From Actinomycetes bacterium (GTDB lineage Bacteria; Actinomycetota; Acidimicrobiia; Acidimicrobiales; Bog-793): 64,000 nt of DNA. The translations under genes and the position numbers were made by a program. Positions 46,566-55,704 of the stretch are shown here, piece after piece; the first letter of the stretch is position 1, and each line of letters starts with the position of its first letter. The stretch is from assembly GCA_021829645.1 (NCBI GenBank), contig JAKBPI010000001.1, positions 7,206-71,205 on the forward strand. Direction: 5' to 3'. The notes under the pieces are model-generated. The model did not search any database and was not told the DNA's origin. It saw only the letters and a list, made by a program, of their open reading frames with translations.

Positions 46566-47240
46566 ATGAGAACAATTGTAGTAGGGTGCGGCAGAGTCGG
46601 ATCGGGGTTAGCGGTGGCATTGGTATCACACGGCCACCAAGTGACCCTCATTGACCGCAACCCCAATTCCTTTCGCCGTATGCCGGCTGGGTGGGGTGGT
46701 ATCGAAATAGTGGGTTCTGGATTTGACAAAACCACTTTGGCAGAAGCCGGTGCCACACAAGCTTATGCCTTAGCCGCCGTTACCAGCGGAGATAACTCCA
46801 ACATCTTAACGGCCCGCATAGCAAGAGAGGACTTTGCTATTCAACACGTGGTAGCCAGGATTTACGACCCCAGACGAGCTGAAATTTACTCAAGACTTGG
46901 TATACCTACCATTGCTACAGTCACTTGGACGATACAGCGTGTCATTGACAAATTGTTTCCTGAAGAAAAACCTTACGCCTGGGAAGACCCTTTTGGCACT
47001 CTCCGAGTGGTAGAAAGAAACCTACCCAATCGTTTATGCGGGAAAAAGCTTGAGACACTGGAAAAGGAAACGGGAGGCAGAATAGTCGCCGTCTCCAGAG
47101 GGCAAAAGTCTCTCATGTTTAGCAGTGACTTAATCGGGCAGGAAGGTGATTTAATTCATATAACGGTGGACGAAAACGCCCAGAAACTGCTTGACGAAAT
47201 ACTTAGCGACGACAAAGGTAAAAGGCAAGACGGTAAATGA
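46566..47240 (+). CDS. trkA: TrkA-type K+ transport regulatory protein (RCK: NAD-binding + TrkA_C)
   Basis: Rossmann motif IVVGCGRVGSGLA; C-terminal RCK_C; ATGA overlap with the next gene. Confidence 0.9.
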   Translation: MRTIVVGCGRVGSGLAVALVSHGHQVTLIDRNPNSFRRMPAGWGGIEIVGSGFDKTTLAEAGATQAYALAAVTSGDNSNILTARIAREDFAIQHVVARIYDPRRAEIYSRLGIPTIATVTWTIQRVIDKLFPEEKPYAWEDPFGTLRVVERNLPNRLCGKKLETLEKETGGRIVAVSRGQKSLMFSSDLIGQEGDLIHITVDENAQKLLDEILSDDKGKRQDGK

Positions 47241-47908
47241 AAGTTATCATAGCGGGAGCGGGAGCAGTAGGGGCTTTCTTGGCCGAGGACTTGGCTAATG
47301 CCGGTCACATTGTGACTCTTATCGAAAAAAATATCTCTCAAACCGAGCGCATACCGACAGCAGACAACCTTAAATTGATGGAGTCCGATGCCTGTGAAGT
47401 AGACACCCTCCAGAGAGCGGATTTGGTAAATGCTGACGTAGTGGTGGCGACCACCGGTGACGACGAAGACAATTTGGTGATTTTTCTACTGGCCAAACAA
47501 GAATTTGCCGTGCCAAGGGTCATAGCAAGAGTCAACAATCCGGCCAACCACTGGATGTTCAACCAAAGCTGGGGAGTCGATATAGCTGTTTCAACGCCTC
47601 ACCTTCTGTCGGCTTTGGTTCAGGAAGCCGTTTCTGTGGGATCCTTGGTAAAACTTTTTCAGTTCGACAAAGGAAATGCACACCTTATCGAAGTGACCTT
47701 GGCGGAGCAGTCTCCGGCTATTGGCATGGCACTGACAGACATGACTTTACCCAGACGAGCAACCGTAGTAGCAATTATACGAGATGGCCAGGTTATAGTC
47801 CCCAGAGGAGATACAGTACTCAACGCCGGAGACGAAGTCATGCTTTTGGCAATGGGAAACTGTGAAGATGAAGTGAGGGAAATGCTTGTCGGAACGGATG
47901 AGCGCTAA
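47237..47908 (+). CDS. trkA: TrkA-type K+ transport regulatory protein, second copy
   Basis: Rossmann motif IIAGAGAVGAFLA; C-terminal RCK_C. Confidence 0.9.
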   Translation: MKVIIAGAGAVGAFLAEDLANAGHIVTLIEKNISQTERIPTADNLKLMESDACEVDTLQRADLVNADVVVATTGDDEDNLVIFLLAKQEFAVPRVIARVNNPANHWMFNQSWGVDIAVSTPHLLSALVQEAVSVGSLVKLFQFDKGNAHLIEVTLAEQSPAIGMALTDMTLPRRATVVAIIRDGQVIVPRGDTVLNAGDEVMLLAMGNCEDEVREMLVGTDER

Positions 47909-48809
47909 ATCAACAGAGAATAGCAATCCAACGACGGATACCCCAGAAAAGAAAATCGCGGCTTTTTTCGATTTGGATAGGACGATCATAGCAAAAGCAG
48001 CGATGAGCGCTTTTAAAAGTCCTTTGCACTCACACGGCCTCTTATCCAAAAGATCGGTTCTTTCAATTGTCATAGGTGAACTGATCTACTTGCACTTGGG
48101 CGCCACCAGAGCTCGTATAGAAAAATTTGGCCGATCGGGAGCGAGACTGGTTAAAGGGAAGAATAAATCCGAAATTTGTCAAATTATCGAAGAGGCAGTA
48201 CATCAAGTTGTCGACCCCATCATCTACTCAGAAGCTCTAAAACTGATCGAATTTCATAAAAGCCAAAACCACCTGATAGTCTTGGTCTCCGCTTCTCCTG
48301 AAGAAATAGTCCAGCCACTGGCAAAACTGCTAAATGCGGACCTTGTCATTGCATCCAAAGCTGATACGGATCAAACGGGTCGCTATACCGGAAATATAGA
48401 ATTCCTAGCTGTAGGGACTAAAAAGGCAGATGCAATAGTGCAATTGGCTCAAAACATGAACATTGATCTTGCACAGTCATATGCTTTCACAGACTCCATT
48501 ACAGACATACCGATGCTCGAAATTGTGGGACACCCTACGGCCATCAACCCTGACCGAGCCCTGGAAAAATTGGCAGAGATCAGAGGGTGGGATATAGATG
48601 AATTTGTTGAGCCAATTAATTTGTCCGTAAGGATTAAAAACGTCAAAAAGACCGTTACAGATAGATACAGCAAACCAACGGCAATACTCTCATTACTGCC
48701 AACCATAACAATACTGGCAATTTGTGCTTTCATTTACGTGCTTTCCCGCAGTAAAGCACAGGAGCGAAAATATTTACACCAATCGCCGTCAGATATTGTA
48801 ATTTTTTAA
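47898..48809 (+). CDS. HAD-IB family hydrolase (SerB-like) with a C-terminal TM helix
   Basis: Motif I FFDLDRTII, motif II VSASP, motif III/IV region FTDSITDIPML. ATG at 47898 is preferred over the track's TTG at 47886; it overlaps the trkA stop. Confidence 0.8.
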   Translation: MSAKSTENSNPTTDTPEKKIAAFFDLDRTIIAKAAMSAFKSPLHSHGLLSKRSVLSIVIGELIYLHLGATRARIEKFGRSGARLVKGKNKSEICQIIEEAVHQVVDPIIYSEALKLIEFHKSQNHLIVLVSASPEEIVQPLAKLLNADLVIASKADTDQTGRYTGNIEFLAVGTKKADAIVQLAQNMNIDLAQSYAFTDSITDIPMLEIVGHPTAINPDRALEKLAEIRGWDIDEFVEPINLSVRIKNVKKTVTDRYSKPTAILSLLPTITILAICAFIYVLSRSKAQERKYLHQSPSDIVIF

Positions 48810-48814
48810 AATAC

Positions 48815-48848
48815 AAATAGACCCGGCTCGTAAGAGCCGGGTCTATTT
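48815..48848. terminator. Perfect 15-bp hairpin with a GUAA loop; candidate bidirectional terminator between the HAD and sigma-factor transcription units
   Basis: aaatagacccggctc-gtaa-gagccgggtctattt; T-rich flank on the minus-strand side (GTATTTTAAAAAA). Confidence 0.6.
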
Positions 48849-49033
48849 ACTCTCCCTTGATACGCTTTACTGCTATAAAAGCCAAACCGCCAAGTAATAA
48901 TAGCAAAAACAGTTTTTTCAGCATGTTTTAGAATATACAGCAATTCTTTGCTGTTCGCAAAAATTATTTTGCTTTAGTGTTCTAGCCTCACCAGAGAGCT
49001 GTTAGGAGACCACCAAACTCTGGAAAAGCTGAG

Positions 49034-49972
49034 CTAAACGGACAGCAGATCTCTGGCGCCTGTGTCGCTTGAAGGATGGCGGAGCTTAGACATCGCTCTG
49101 GCCTCAATTTGACGGATTCTCTCTCTGGTCAAGTTGAAGTACTCGCCGACTTCCTCTAGCGTTCTTGGTTCACCTCTGTCAAGTCCGAATCTGAGCTGAA
49201 GGATTTCTCTTTCGCGTTCATCCAGTGGGGCAAGTAGCCTGGTGATTTCCATGGGCAAAATGGAAGTTGCTGCTTCCTCAAAAGGCGATCCTGCAGAACG
49301 ATCTTCTACTACGTCTCCCAACTCAGCGTCTCCGTCTTCGCGCAGAGGCTCAGACAAAGAGAGGGGCTCGGAGCGAAAACGCAAAGCTTCTATCAACTTG
49401 TCCTCGGGTAACTCTACTTCTTCACCCAATTCAGCCAAAGTGGCGGGTCTGCCATATTTGAGTTCTAAACGCGCCTGAGCTTTTTGCACTCTGGCCAGCG
49501 TATCTCCAGCGTGTACAGGAAGTCTAATTGTGCGTCCGGTGTTAGCTATACCGCGCGTTATAGCCTGTCGTATCCACCACGTGGCGTAGGTAGAAAATTT
49601 AAACCCTTTTCGCCAATCAAACTTCTCTACGGCATGCATAAGACCTAGGTTTCCTTCTTGGATAAGGTCAAGAAGCGGAAGACCGGAAGCCTGATACTTT
49701 TTAGCTATCGAAACCACCAAGCGTAGATTGGACTGGACAAAAGCTCTTTGTGCTTCGTCTGCATGGCGTATCATTCTCTTGAGCTCCCTTTTGCGAGTGG
49801 GAGTCATATCGGGAGCCGCATTGCGCAACTCTTCTTCGGCTTGATGCCTTTTTTCTATGTCTTGGGCCAGCCGTACTTCGTCATCTTTTGACAGCAGAGG
49901 ATACTGACCTATGTCGGTAAGGTACAGCCTTATTAGGTCTTCTTCGTCCCGTTCTACTCTTTCTTTAGCCAA
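49034..49972 (-). CDS. Sigma-70 family factor, group 1/2 (HrdB/SigB-like, no region 1.1)
   Basis: Region 2 is DLIQEGNLGLMHAVEKFDWRKGFKFSTYATWWIRQAITR; region 4.2 is TLEEVGEYFNLTRERIRQIEARAMSKLRH. TTG start with GGAGGA 9 nt upstream. Confidence 0.92.
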   Translation of the reverse strand: MAKERVERDEEDLIRLYLTDIGQYPLLSKDDEVRLAQDIEKRHQAEEELRNAAPDMTPTRKRELKRMIRHADEAQRAFVQSNLRLVVSIAKKYQASGLPLLDLIQEGNLGLMHAVEKFDWRKGFKFSTYATWWIRQAITRGIANTGRTIRLPVHAGDTLARVQKAQARLELKYGRPATLAELGEEVELPEDKLIEALRFRSEPLSLSEPLREDGDAELGDVVEDRSAGSPFEEAATSILPMEITRLLAPLDEREREILQLRFGLDRGEPRTLEEVGEYFNLTRERIRQIEARAMSKLRHPSSDTGARDLLSV

Positions 49973-50131
49973 GTTTTAAAATCCTCCATAACTTTTTGAT
50001 TGTTGCTTCGGTAAAATAAATTACTACTATAAAAGTTACATATATGTATATCTAACTGGAAATCTGGTTTTCCTCCATTTTTTGGGTTTTATATTAACAG
50101 TGTACAGGTTGCGTCAAGACTTCAGGCACGC

Positions 50132-50788
50132 TCATCGGGCACTGGGCAATAATTGTCTTAAAAGAGTAACAATTCTTTCATCGACAATTTCCGTTGACGT
50201 AGCACCGTCTGATACCTCCAAAATAAGGTTTCCGTCATATATGACCTCTTCCAGATCTGCTTTTACCCGTTGAAAAACCCTTTTCGCCGCCATATCCGCC
50301 GGTGAGCAACACAACTGCAACCGTTCTTCATAGACCAAGAGAAGAGTGGGGTAGATCTTCCTCAATAAAGCAGTGAGTAATCCGGCGGCACTCTCTTCCT
50401 CCCCCAAGTGAACAAGCAGCCGGTCAAATTCGGGATTAAAAGACTCAATCAACTCATCTCTGCTTTCCAAACCAACCGAGACTGGCAAAAGATCAAAAAG
50501 TTGCTGGCTTCTCCAAGCGTGAGCGGCGCTGGCTGAAGATAAAAATATCTGTTGATACTCTTGGTCTATCAGTGTTGACATTTTAGCCAGAACGGAACAT
50601 AACTGCAATTCCACGTATGAGATCTTTCCGACAAAACGCGCTGACTCTGCCAGTGTGAGAGGTGTCACCAAATTATTTCCCATCGCAAAAAGTTTGAACC
50701 GATCTGTGTGCTTCACATCAGCACAACGTGTTTCCATTATATAGGACAAGACAATCTTTCCGGATTTCTCCGCATGATATATATCCAT
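50132..50788 (-). CDS. Hypothetical protein (218 aa)
   Basis: Long ORF with no competing frame, helical/acidic composition, divergent from glnA. No motif recognised. Confidence 0.45.
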   Translation of the reverse strand: MDIYHAEKSGKIVLSYIMETRCADVKHTDRFKLFAMGNNLVTPLTLAESARFVGKISYVELQLCSVLAKMSTLIDQEYQQIFLSSASAAHAWRSQQLFDLLPVSVGLESRDELIESFNPEFDRLLVHLGEEESAAGLLTALLRKIYPTLLLVYEERLQLCCSPADMAAKRVFQRVKADLEEVIYDGNLILEVSDGATSTEIVDERIVTLLRQLLPSAR

Positions 50789-50900
50789 AAATTAATAGAC
50801 GTGTCAACAATTTTTTCTTTACAGCAAAGAAAGTCTTTAAACACCTTAAGTCTGAACGAAAAGTATGTTATAGATGATACTTTATGCGAGGTATTTCATT

Positions 50901-52250
50901 GTGAGTATCGTTTCTAACAAGGATCAAATCAACTACGTTTTGCGCAGTGTCGAGGAACGCAAGGTACGTTTTATCCAGCTGTGGTTTACCGATATTTTGG
51001 GAACCCCAAAATCATTTTCCATTACACCGGCGGAATTAGAAAATGCCCTTGAAGAAGGCATGACTTTCGACGGATCCGCCATAGACGGCTTCAGTCGCGT
51101 TCAAGAAAGCGACGTCTTAGCATTTCCCGATCCAAAGACTTTCCAGATCTTGCCTTTCCAAAAAGGCAACTCTGAACTCGCCAGAATTTTCTGTGATATT
51201 TACAACTTAGACCAGACCCCTTTTGAGGGCTGTCCCAGACACGTTCTAAAGCGCACACTTACCAAAGCACACGAGCTCAACTATAACTTTTTTGCTTCAC
51301 CGGAAATTGAATATTTTTACTTCGCCAAACAAGATGGGAGAGGACTTCCCCAGCCGTTGGATAACGGTTCGTATTTTGAATTGACCGTTGCCGACCTATC
51401 GTCTGATCTACGAAAACGGACGGTTTTGGCACTGGAAGAAATAGGCATTCCCGTTGAATACGCCCAACACGAAGACGCCCCTAGTCAGCATGAAATTGAC
51501 TTGAGATATACTGATGCTCTGACAATGGCCGATACCATTATGACAGTTCGCCTCGCCATTAAGGAAGTTGCCCAAGACAACAACGTCTACGCATCGTTCA
51601 TGCCAAAGCCCCTTGAAGGAGTGCAGGGTTCTGGTATGCACACTCACTTTTCTCTTTTCCAAGGGGACCAAAACGTATTTTATGATCCGGATTCCGAAAA
51701 ATTCCTTTCCAAAACAGCCCGGCACTTTATCGCCGGGCTCCTATATCACGCCCATGAAATAACGGCTATCACCAACCAATGGGTCAATTCTTACAAACGC
51801 CTCGTATCCGGTTATGAAGCGCCTATCCACATCTCTTGGGCTCACAATAACCGCTCAGCACTAGTCAGAGTGCCTGTTACAAAAACCTCTCATCCCGAAG
51901 CCACCAGAATAGAATACCGGGCACCGGATCCGGCTTGTAACCCATACCTGTGCTTCGCTGTTATCCTTGCTGCCGGATTAGATGGCATTGCAAATACCAT
52001 CGAATTGCCCAAAGAAGCAAACAATAACTTGTTCGAGATGAGTGACAAAGAACTGAAAAAAGCGGGAATACGCCCGTTGCCCATGACGTTAGAGGCAGCT
52101 TTAGCGGAAATGGAAAAATCAGAACTCGTAGCAGAGACTCTCGGAGAACACGTATTTGAATGGTTTCTCAGAAACAAATACTACGAATGGAACGAGTACA
52201 GCCGTCATATCAGCAATTACGAGTTGACCAGATACTTCCCGACCCTATAG
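50901..52250 (+). CDS. glnA: Glutamine synthetase type I, alpha-like (no adenylylation Tyr)
   Basis: FIQLWFTDILG, GSGMHTHFS, SYKRL, NRSALVR. GTG at 50901 (VSIVSNKDQINYVL, GAGG upstream) is preferred over the track's ATG at 50874. The adenylylation position reads NLFEMS (Phe codon 52032-52034). Confidence 0.9.
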   Translation: MSIVSNKDQINYVLRSVEERKVRFIQLWFTDILGTPKSFSITPAELENALEEGMTFDGSAIDGFSRVQESDVLAFPDPKTFQILPFQKGNSELARIFCDIYNLDQTPFEGCPRHVLKRTLTKAHELNYNFFASPEIEYFYFAKQDGRGLPQPLDNGSYFELTVADLSSDLRKRTVLALEEIGIPVEYAQHEDAPSQHEIDLRYTDALTMADTIMTVRLAIKEVAQDNNVYASFMPKPLEGVQGSGMHTHFSLFQGDQNVFYDPDSEKFLSKTARHFIAGLLYHAHEITAITNQWVNSYKRLVSGYEAPIHISWAHNNRSALVRVPVTKTSHPEATRIEYRAPDPACNPYLCFAVILAAGLDGIANTIELPKEANNNLFEMSDKELKKAGIRPLPMTLEAALAEMEKSELVAETLGEHVFEWFLRNKYYEWNEYSRHISNYELTRYFPTL

Positions 52251-52254
52251 ACAC

Positions 52255-52929
52255 GTGAAAACATTTCTTTGCTTCCCGAAGGATACTCCATCCAACATCA
52301 CAGAGATAATTACAGAACTTGGCTACGAAACCAAGTGCACAGATGAATTCGACCTTTTCACCGACGTGGAATCACCAGAAGGCTTCTTGGGTGTTTTAGT
52401 AACGGCAGGGCAAAACGAACAAAAGGCGATAGATTTGTGCCGGGAAATACGAAGTCGCGAAACACCGCTTTCCCCCGTTATTTTGGTAGTCCAGTTGGGT
52501 CTCATGTCAAAATTGGATCAGTTGGACGACCTCTTTGACGAATGTATTATCGAAGATGCTACAGCCCAAGAGATCAAATTTAGAATCATCAGATCTCTCA
52601 AGAGATTCGGTAAAAACCTGAACTCACCTGTCATCTCTTACGGCCCCCTTGCTCTAAATCTCGAAACCTACCAGGCCGTTGTGGAGAAAAAACCGTTGGA
52701 TCTGACCTATATGGAGTATGAACTGCTCAGATTTTTAGTCCAAAATCCGGGGAAAGTATTCACCAGAGATACCCTTTTAACCAGAGTCTGGGGATACGAA
52801 TACTTCGGCGGGGCCAGAACAGTGGACGTGCATATCCGAAGATTGAGAGCAAAATTAGGCGAAGAGCACGCCGGTTTGATAGAAACTGTTAGGAGCGTTG
52901 GCTACCGCTTTGGCAGAATCCACTGGTAA
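52255..52929 (+). CDS. OmpR-type winged-helix regulator with a degenerate (pseudo-)receiver domain; GlnR-like by context
   Basis: The C-terminal wHTH is canonical (LTYMEYELLRFL..., VDVHIRRLRAKL, TVRSVGYRF). The receiver lacks the acidic pair (FLCFPKD), the acceptor Asp (GVLVTAG) and the conserved Lys (ECIIEDA). GTG start 4 nt after the glnA stop. Confidence 0.7.
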   Translation: MKTFLCFPKDTPSNITEIITELGYETKCTDEFDLFTDVESPEGFLGVLVTAGQNEQKAIDLCREIRSRETPLSPVILVVQLGLMSKLDQLDDLFDECIIEDATAQEIKFRIIRSLKRFGKNLNSPVISYGPLALNLETYQAVVEKKPLDLTYMEYELLRFLVQNPGKVFTRDTLLTRVWGYEYFGGARTVDVHIRRLRAKLGEEHAGLIETVRSVGYRFGRIHW

Positions 52930-52990
52930 TACAATATAAGCCGGCACTTTGGTATTTACAAAACCTAAATCGTTGACTTCATAGTGTTAC

Positions 52991-53347
52991 CTATGAAATA
53001 TGAGCTATAGCCTCAATTTCCACAAGAGCACCCCTGGGAAGTTCTTTTACGATAACGCTACTTCTAGCCGGCAACGACTCTGGAAAATAACTTACATATA
53101 TTTCGTTCATCCTGGAAAAATTCTCCGCGTCTACTAAAAACACGGTTGCCTTTACTATATTCGCCATCGAACATCCGGCTTCTGCCAGCACCGATGACAA
53201 ATTAGTCATGGCTTGGTCGAATTGAGCTTCGAAACTTTCCAGTAACTCGGCATTTTCCCCAATACCCAACTGCCCTGAGCAAAATACAAAATCGCCGGCT
53301 CGCACATATGGACTATAGAACTTCAGAGGTAAGGACATGTTCTTCAA
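52991..53347 (-). CDS. ridA: RidA/YjgF-family reactive-intermediate deaminase
   Basis: 118 aa; GDFVFCSGQ, ARSSV.VKELPRGALVEIEAIA. Confidence 0.85.
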   Translation of the reverse strand: MKNMSLPLKFYSPYVRAGDFVFCSGQLGIGENAELLESFEAQFDQAMTNLSSVLAEAGCSMANIVKATVFLVDAENFSRMNEIYVSYFPESLPARSSVIVKELPRGALVEIEAIAHIS

Positions 53348-53356
53348 AAGATCTTA

Positions 53357-53725
53357 CTAGCTAAACGAAGATCCGCACCCACAGGTTTTCGTTGCGTTAG
53401 GATTCGTGATGTGGAAGCCGGCCCCTTGCAATCCACCGGAGTAGTCCAAGGTGGACCCCTCGATGAGACTGGCTGATTCTGAATCTACCACAACTTTGAT
53501 AGAACCAAAAGTCCTGACTATGTCGTCTGCCTCGATGTCAGAGTCAAAGTACATGTCATAGCTGTATCCCGAGCAACCTCCTGGTTTTACCGCTACTCGC
53601 AAAGCCAAAGAGTCAGAACCCTGTTCTTCGGCAATCAGTTGCGTTAGCTGCTCAATGGCAGAATCGGTAAGAGTAACAGGAGCCGGTTTTTTTCCTATGG
53701 CAACACCTGTAGCAATTGTAGACAT
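53357..53725 (-). CDS. HesB/IscA/ErpA-type iron-sulfur cluster insertion protein
   Basis: GGCSGYSY and C-terminal CGCGSSF. Confidence 0.85.
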   Translation of the reverse strand: MSTIATGVAIGKKPAPVTLTDSAIEQLTQLIAEEQGSDSLALRVAVKPGGCSGYSYDMYFDSDIEADDIVRTFGSIKVVVDSESASLIEGSTLDYSGGLQGAGFHITNPNATKTCGCGSSFS

Positions 53726-53923
53726 TTGGTTTCTCCTACTTTGATGGATAAAACTTTAGGTAAGCTTTATTTATAATTTAGCAATTAACCGGATTGATAG
53801 CGTCATATTTTTTAGAAAATAAAGCTTCACAATCGGTTTTTCAGATAATGTTTATTTGCCAATAACTAACGTTGATCACAACGGGATATACTGCTTATAA
53901 AAGCAGCCAAACTGGATCACAAA

Positions 53924-55087
53924 ATGACCGAAAGCCACAGCGAAATACCCCAGCAAATCGATGGTGATGACTTTTCACGCTCCGTATACGATCGCCTTTC
54001 GGAGGTCCTGGATCCAGAATTACACGCAAGCATCACAGAACTCGGCATGGTGGGCAGCATAACAGTTGATTCCAATGTACTCGAAATAGAAGTAGCCCTC
54101 ACTATTGCCGGTTGTCCCCTCAAGGAACAAATCAGGGGCGATGTTGTCAAAGTCGTTTCCGACCTGGCAGGCACACGACAGATACACGTAAAAACAAAAG
54201 TTTTGTCGCCAATTGAAAAAGCCAGACTCATGGAAAAAGCTCGTATCCTCAACCAAAAAAGGGTCAGCACCGCCATATCCACACGCACAAAAGTATTTGC
54301 TGTTGCCTCCGGAAAAGGTGGCGTAGGAAAATCTTCCGTGGCGGTCAATCTGGCTCTGTCTCTATGCGCTTCGGGGCAAAAAGTGGGCCTATTGGACGCC
54401 GACATCTGGGGGTTTTCAGTTCCGGAGCTACTTGGCGTGCATCAGGATTTGCAAGTCAAAAACGCCAAAATAGAGCCGGTGGAAATACCGGTCGGTCCGG
54501 GTTTGCTGCAGGTTATTTCCATGGGATTTTTGGCCAACTCCCAAGAAGCAATTATGTGGCGCGGATTGGTTTTAAGTAGAGCACTGCAGCACTTTTTAGA
54601 AGACGTCAATTGGTTACAAAACCTAGAGTATTTGATTATAGATCTGCCTCCTGGGACAGGTGATATTCAAATGGCTTTGGCCAGAATGCTACCGGAAACA
54701 CAATTGCTTCTTGTAACGACTCCGTCTAGTTATGTGGAACACATAGCCGCTCGAGCAGCCGATATGGCAAGGAAGAGCCACATAAGAATATTCGGCGTTA
54801 TTGAAAACATGAGTTCGTTCCGATGCGAACACGGCGTTCAATACCCCATATTCGGTCAAGGAGGGGGTAGTCGCTTGGCTCAATTCCTACACGTCCCGCT
54901 ACTGGCCTCGATACCCATTGACGCCGGCGTCCAGAATAACCCGCGGCGCTCACAACTGGCTCATCCGACAAATCAAGCTTTTGCCGAGCTCTCAAGCACA
55001 ATTATGGATATGTGCGTAAGTCAAGAAGGCATGTCCGGCTGCAGCGCCCGCATGCTCGAAGCCATAGAGCACTCTTTGGAAAGCTGA
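53924..55087 (+). CDS. mrp: Mrp/ApbC/NBP35-family Fe-S cluster carrier ATPase with an N-terminal DUF59-like domain
   Basis: DPELHASITELGMV (DUF59-like), deviant Walker A ASGKGGVGKSSV, DLPPGTGD. Confidence 0.9.
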   Translation: MTESHSEIPQQIDGDDFSRSVYDRLSEVLDPELHASITELGMVGSITVDSNVLEIEVALTIAGCPLKEQIRGDVVKVVSDLAGTRQIHVKTKVLSPIEKARLMEKARILNQKRVSTAISTRTKVFAVASGKGGVGKSSVAVNLALSLCASGQKVGLLDADIWGFSVPELLGVHQDLQVKNAKIEPVEIPVGPGLLQVISMGFLANSQEAIMWRGLVLSRALQHFLEDVNWLQNLEYLIIDLPPGTGDIQMALARMLPETQLLLVTTPSSYVEHIAARAADMARKSHIRIFGVIENMSSFRCEHGVQYPIFGQGGGSRLAQFLHVPLLASIPIDAGVQNNPRRSQLAHPTNQAFAELSSTIMDMCVSQEGMSGCSARMLEAIEHSLES

Positions 55088-55089
55088 GA

Positions 55090-55356
55090 TCAAATTGCGC
55101 TGCGTTGCACAAGCCTGCGACGCTCGCTTTCGTTCATACCACCCCAAATGCCGTGAGGTTCCGGAATGGACAGGGCGTATTCCAGACATTCTTGGCGAAC
55201 AGGACATGAAGAACATATCGATTTAGCCAGTCTCTCTCTGCGCGCTCTCATTTCTCTCCTCTCGGATTGGAAAGGTGGAGCAAAGAAAGAAACCAGATTC
55301 TCTCCCCGACAAGCAGCTTTGGTGTGCCAAGCTTCTTTTGTTGTGGAAAAAATCAT
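55090..55356 (-). CDS. whiB: WhiB-family [4Fe-4S] transcription factor
   Basis: Four Cys (C-X..-C-X2-C-X5-C: AACRGE...CSSCPVRQEC), GIWGG turn and a basic tail. ATG at 55356 with AAGGAGGA 8 nt upstream is preferred over the track start at 55383. Confidence 0.85.
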   Translation of the reverse strand: MIFSTTKEAWHTKAACRGENLVSFFAPPFQSERREMRARRERLAKSICSSCPVRQECLEYALSIPEPHGIWGGMNESERRRLVQRSAI

Positions 55357-55704
55357 TTTAAAAGTCCTCCTTGGGTATAGCATTTTTCGTACTACTTATA
55401 GTGTTGATAAGCGTTATTTACGTCAGATAAAAAACCTTATTCTGTGACGATAGCGCTACTTCGAGTAAAAAATCAAGTGAAATTGTCTTGTGAAAAATTA
55501 TTTAACAATTACCAAACTATATACCGGAGAAACGACATCCAAGTAATCCCTGACTGCTTGGTAAATCGCAACTAGACAAACGTTCGATCTCAAATCAGAA
55601 GTATATTTATTTTACCCGGGACAGCTCACCATACTTGGCTTTAGAGGTCTGGCTGACCTTTCCGAACTTTTTATACCATGATTCCAACTGGGACATCGCG
55701 ATGC

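Noticed and set aside
50789-50900. GlnR-box-like repeats (gTnAc-N6-GaAAc) upstream of glnA
   Set aside because: Only weak partial matches were found (for example GTCAAC and TTAAAC). That is not enough to call a site.
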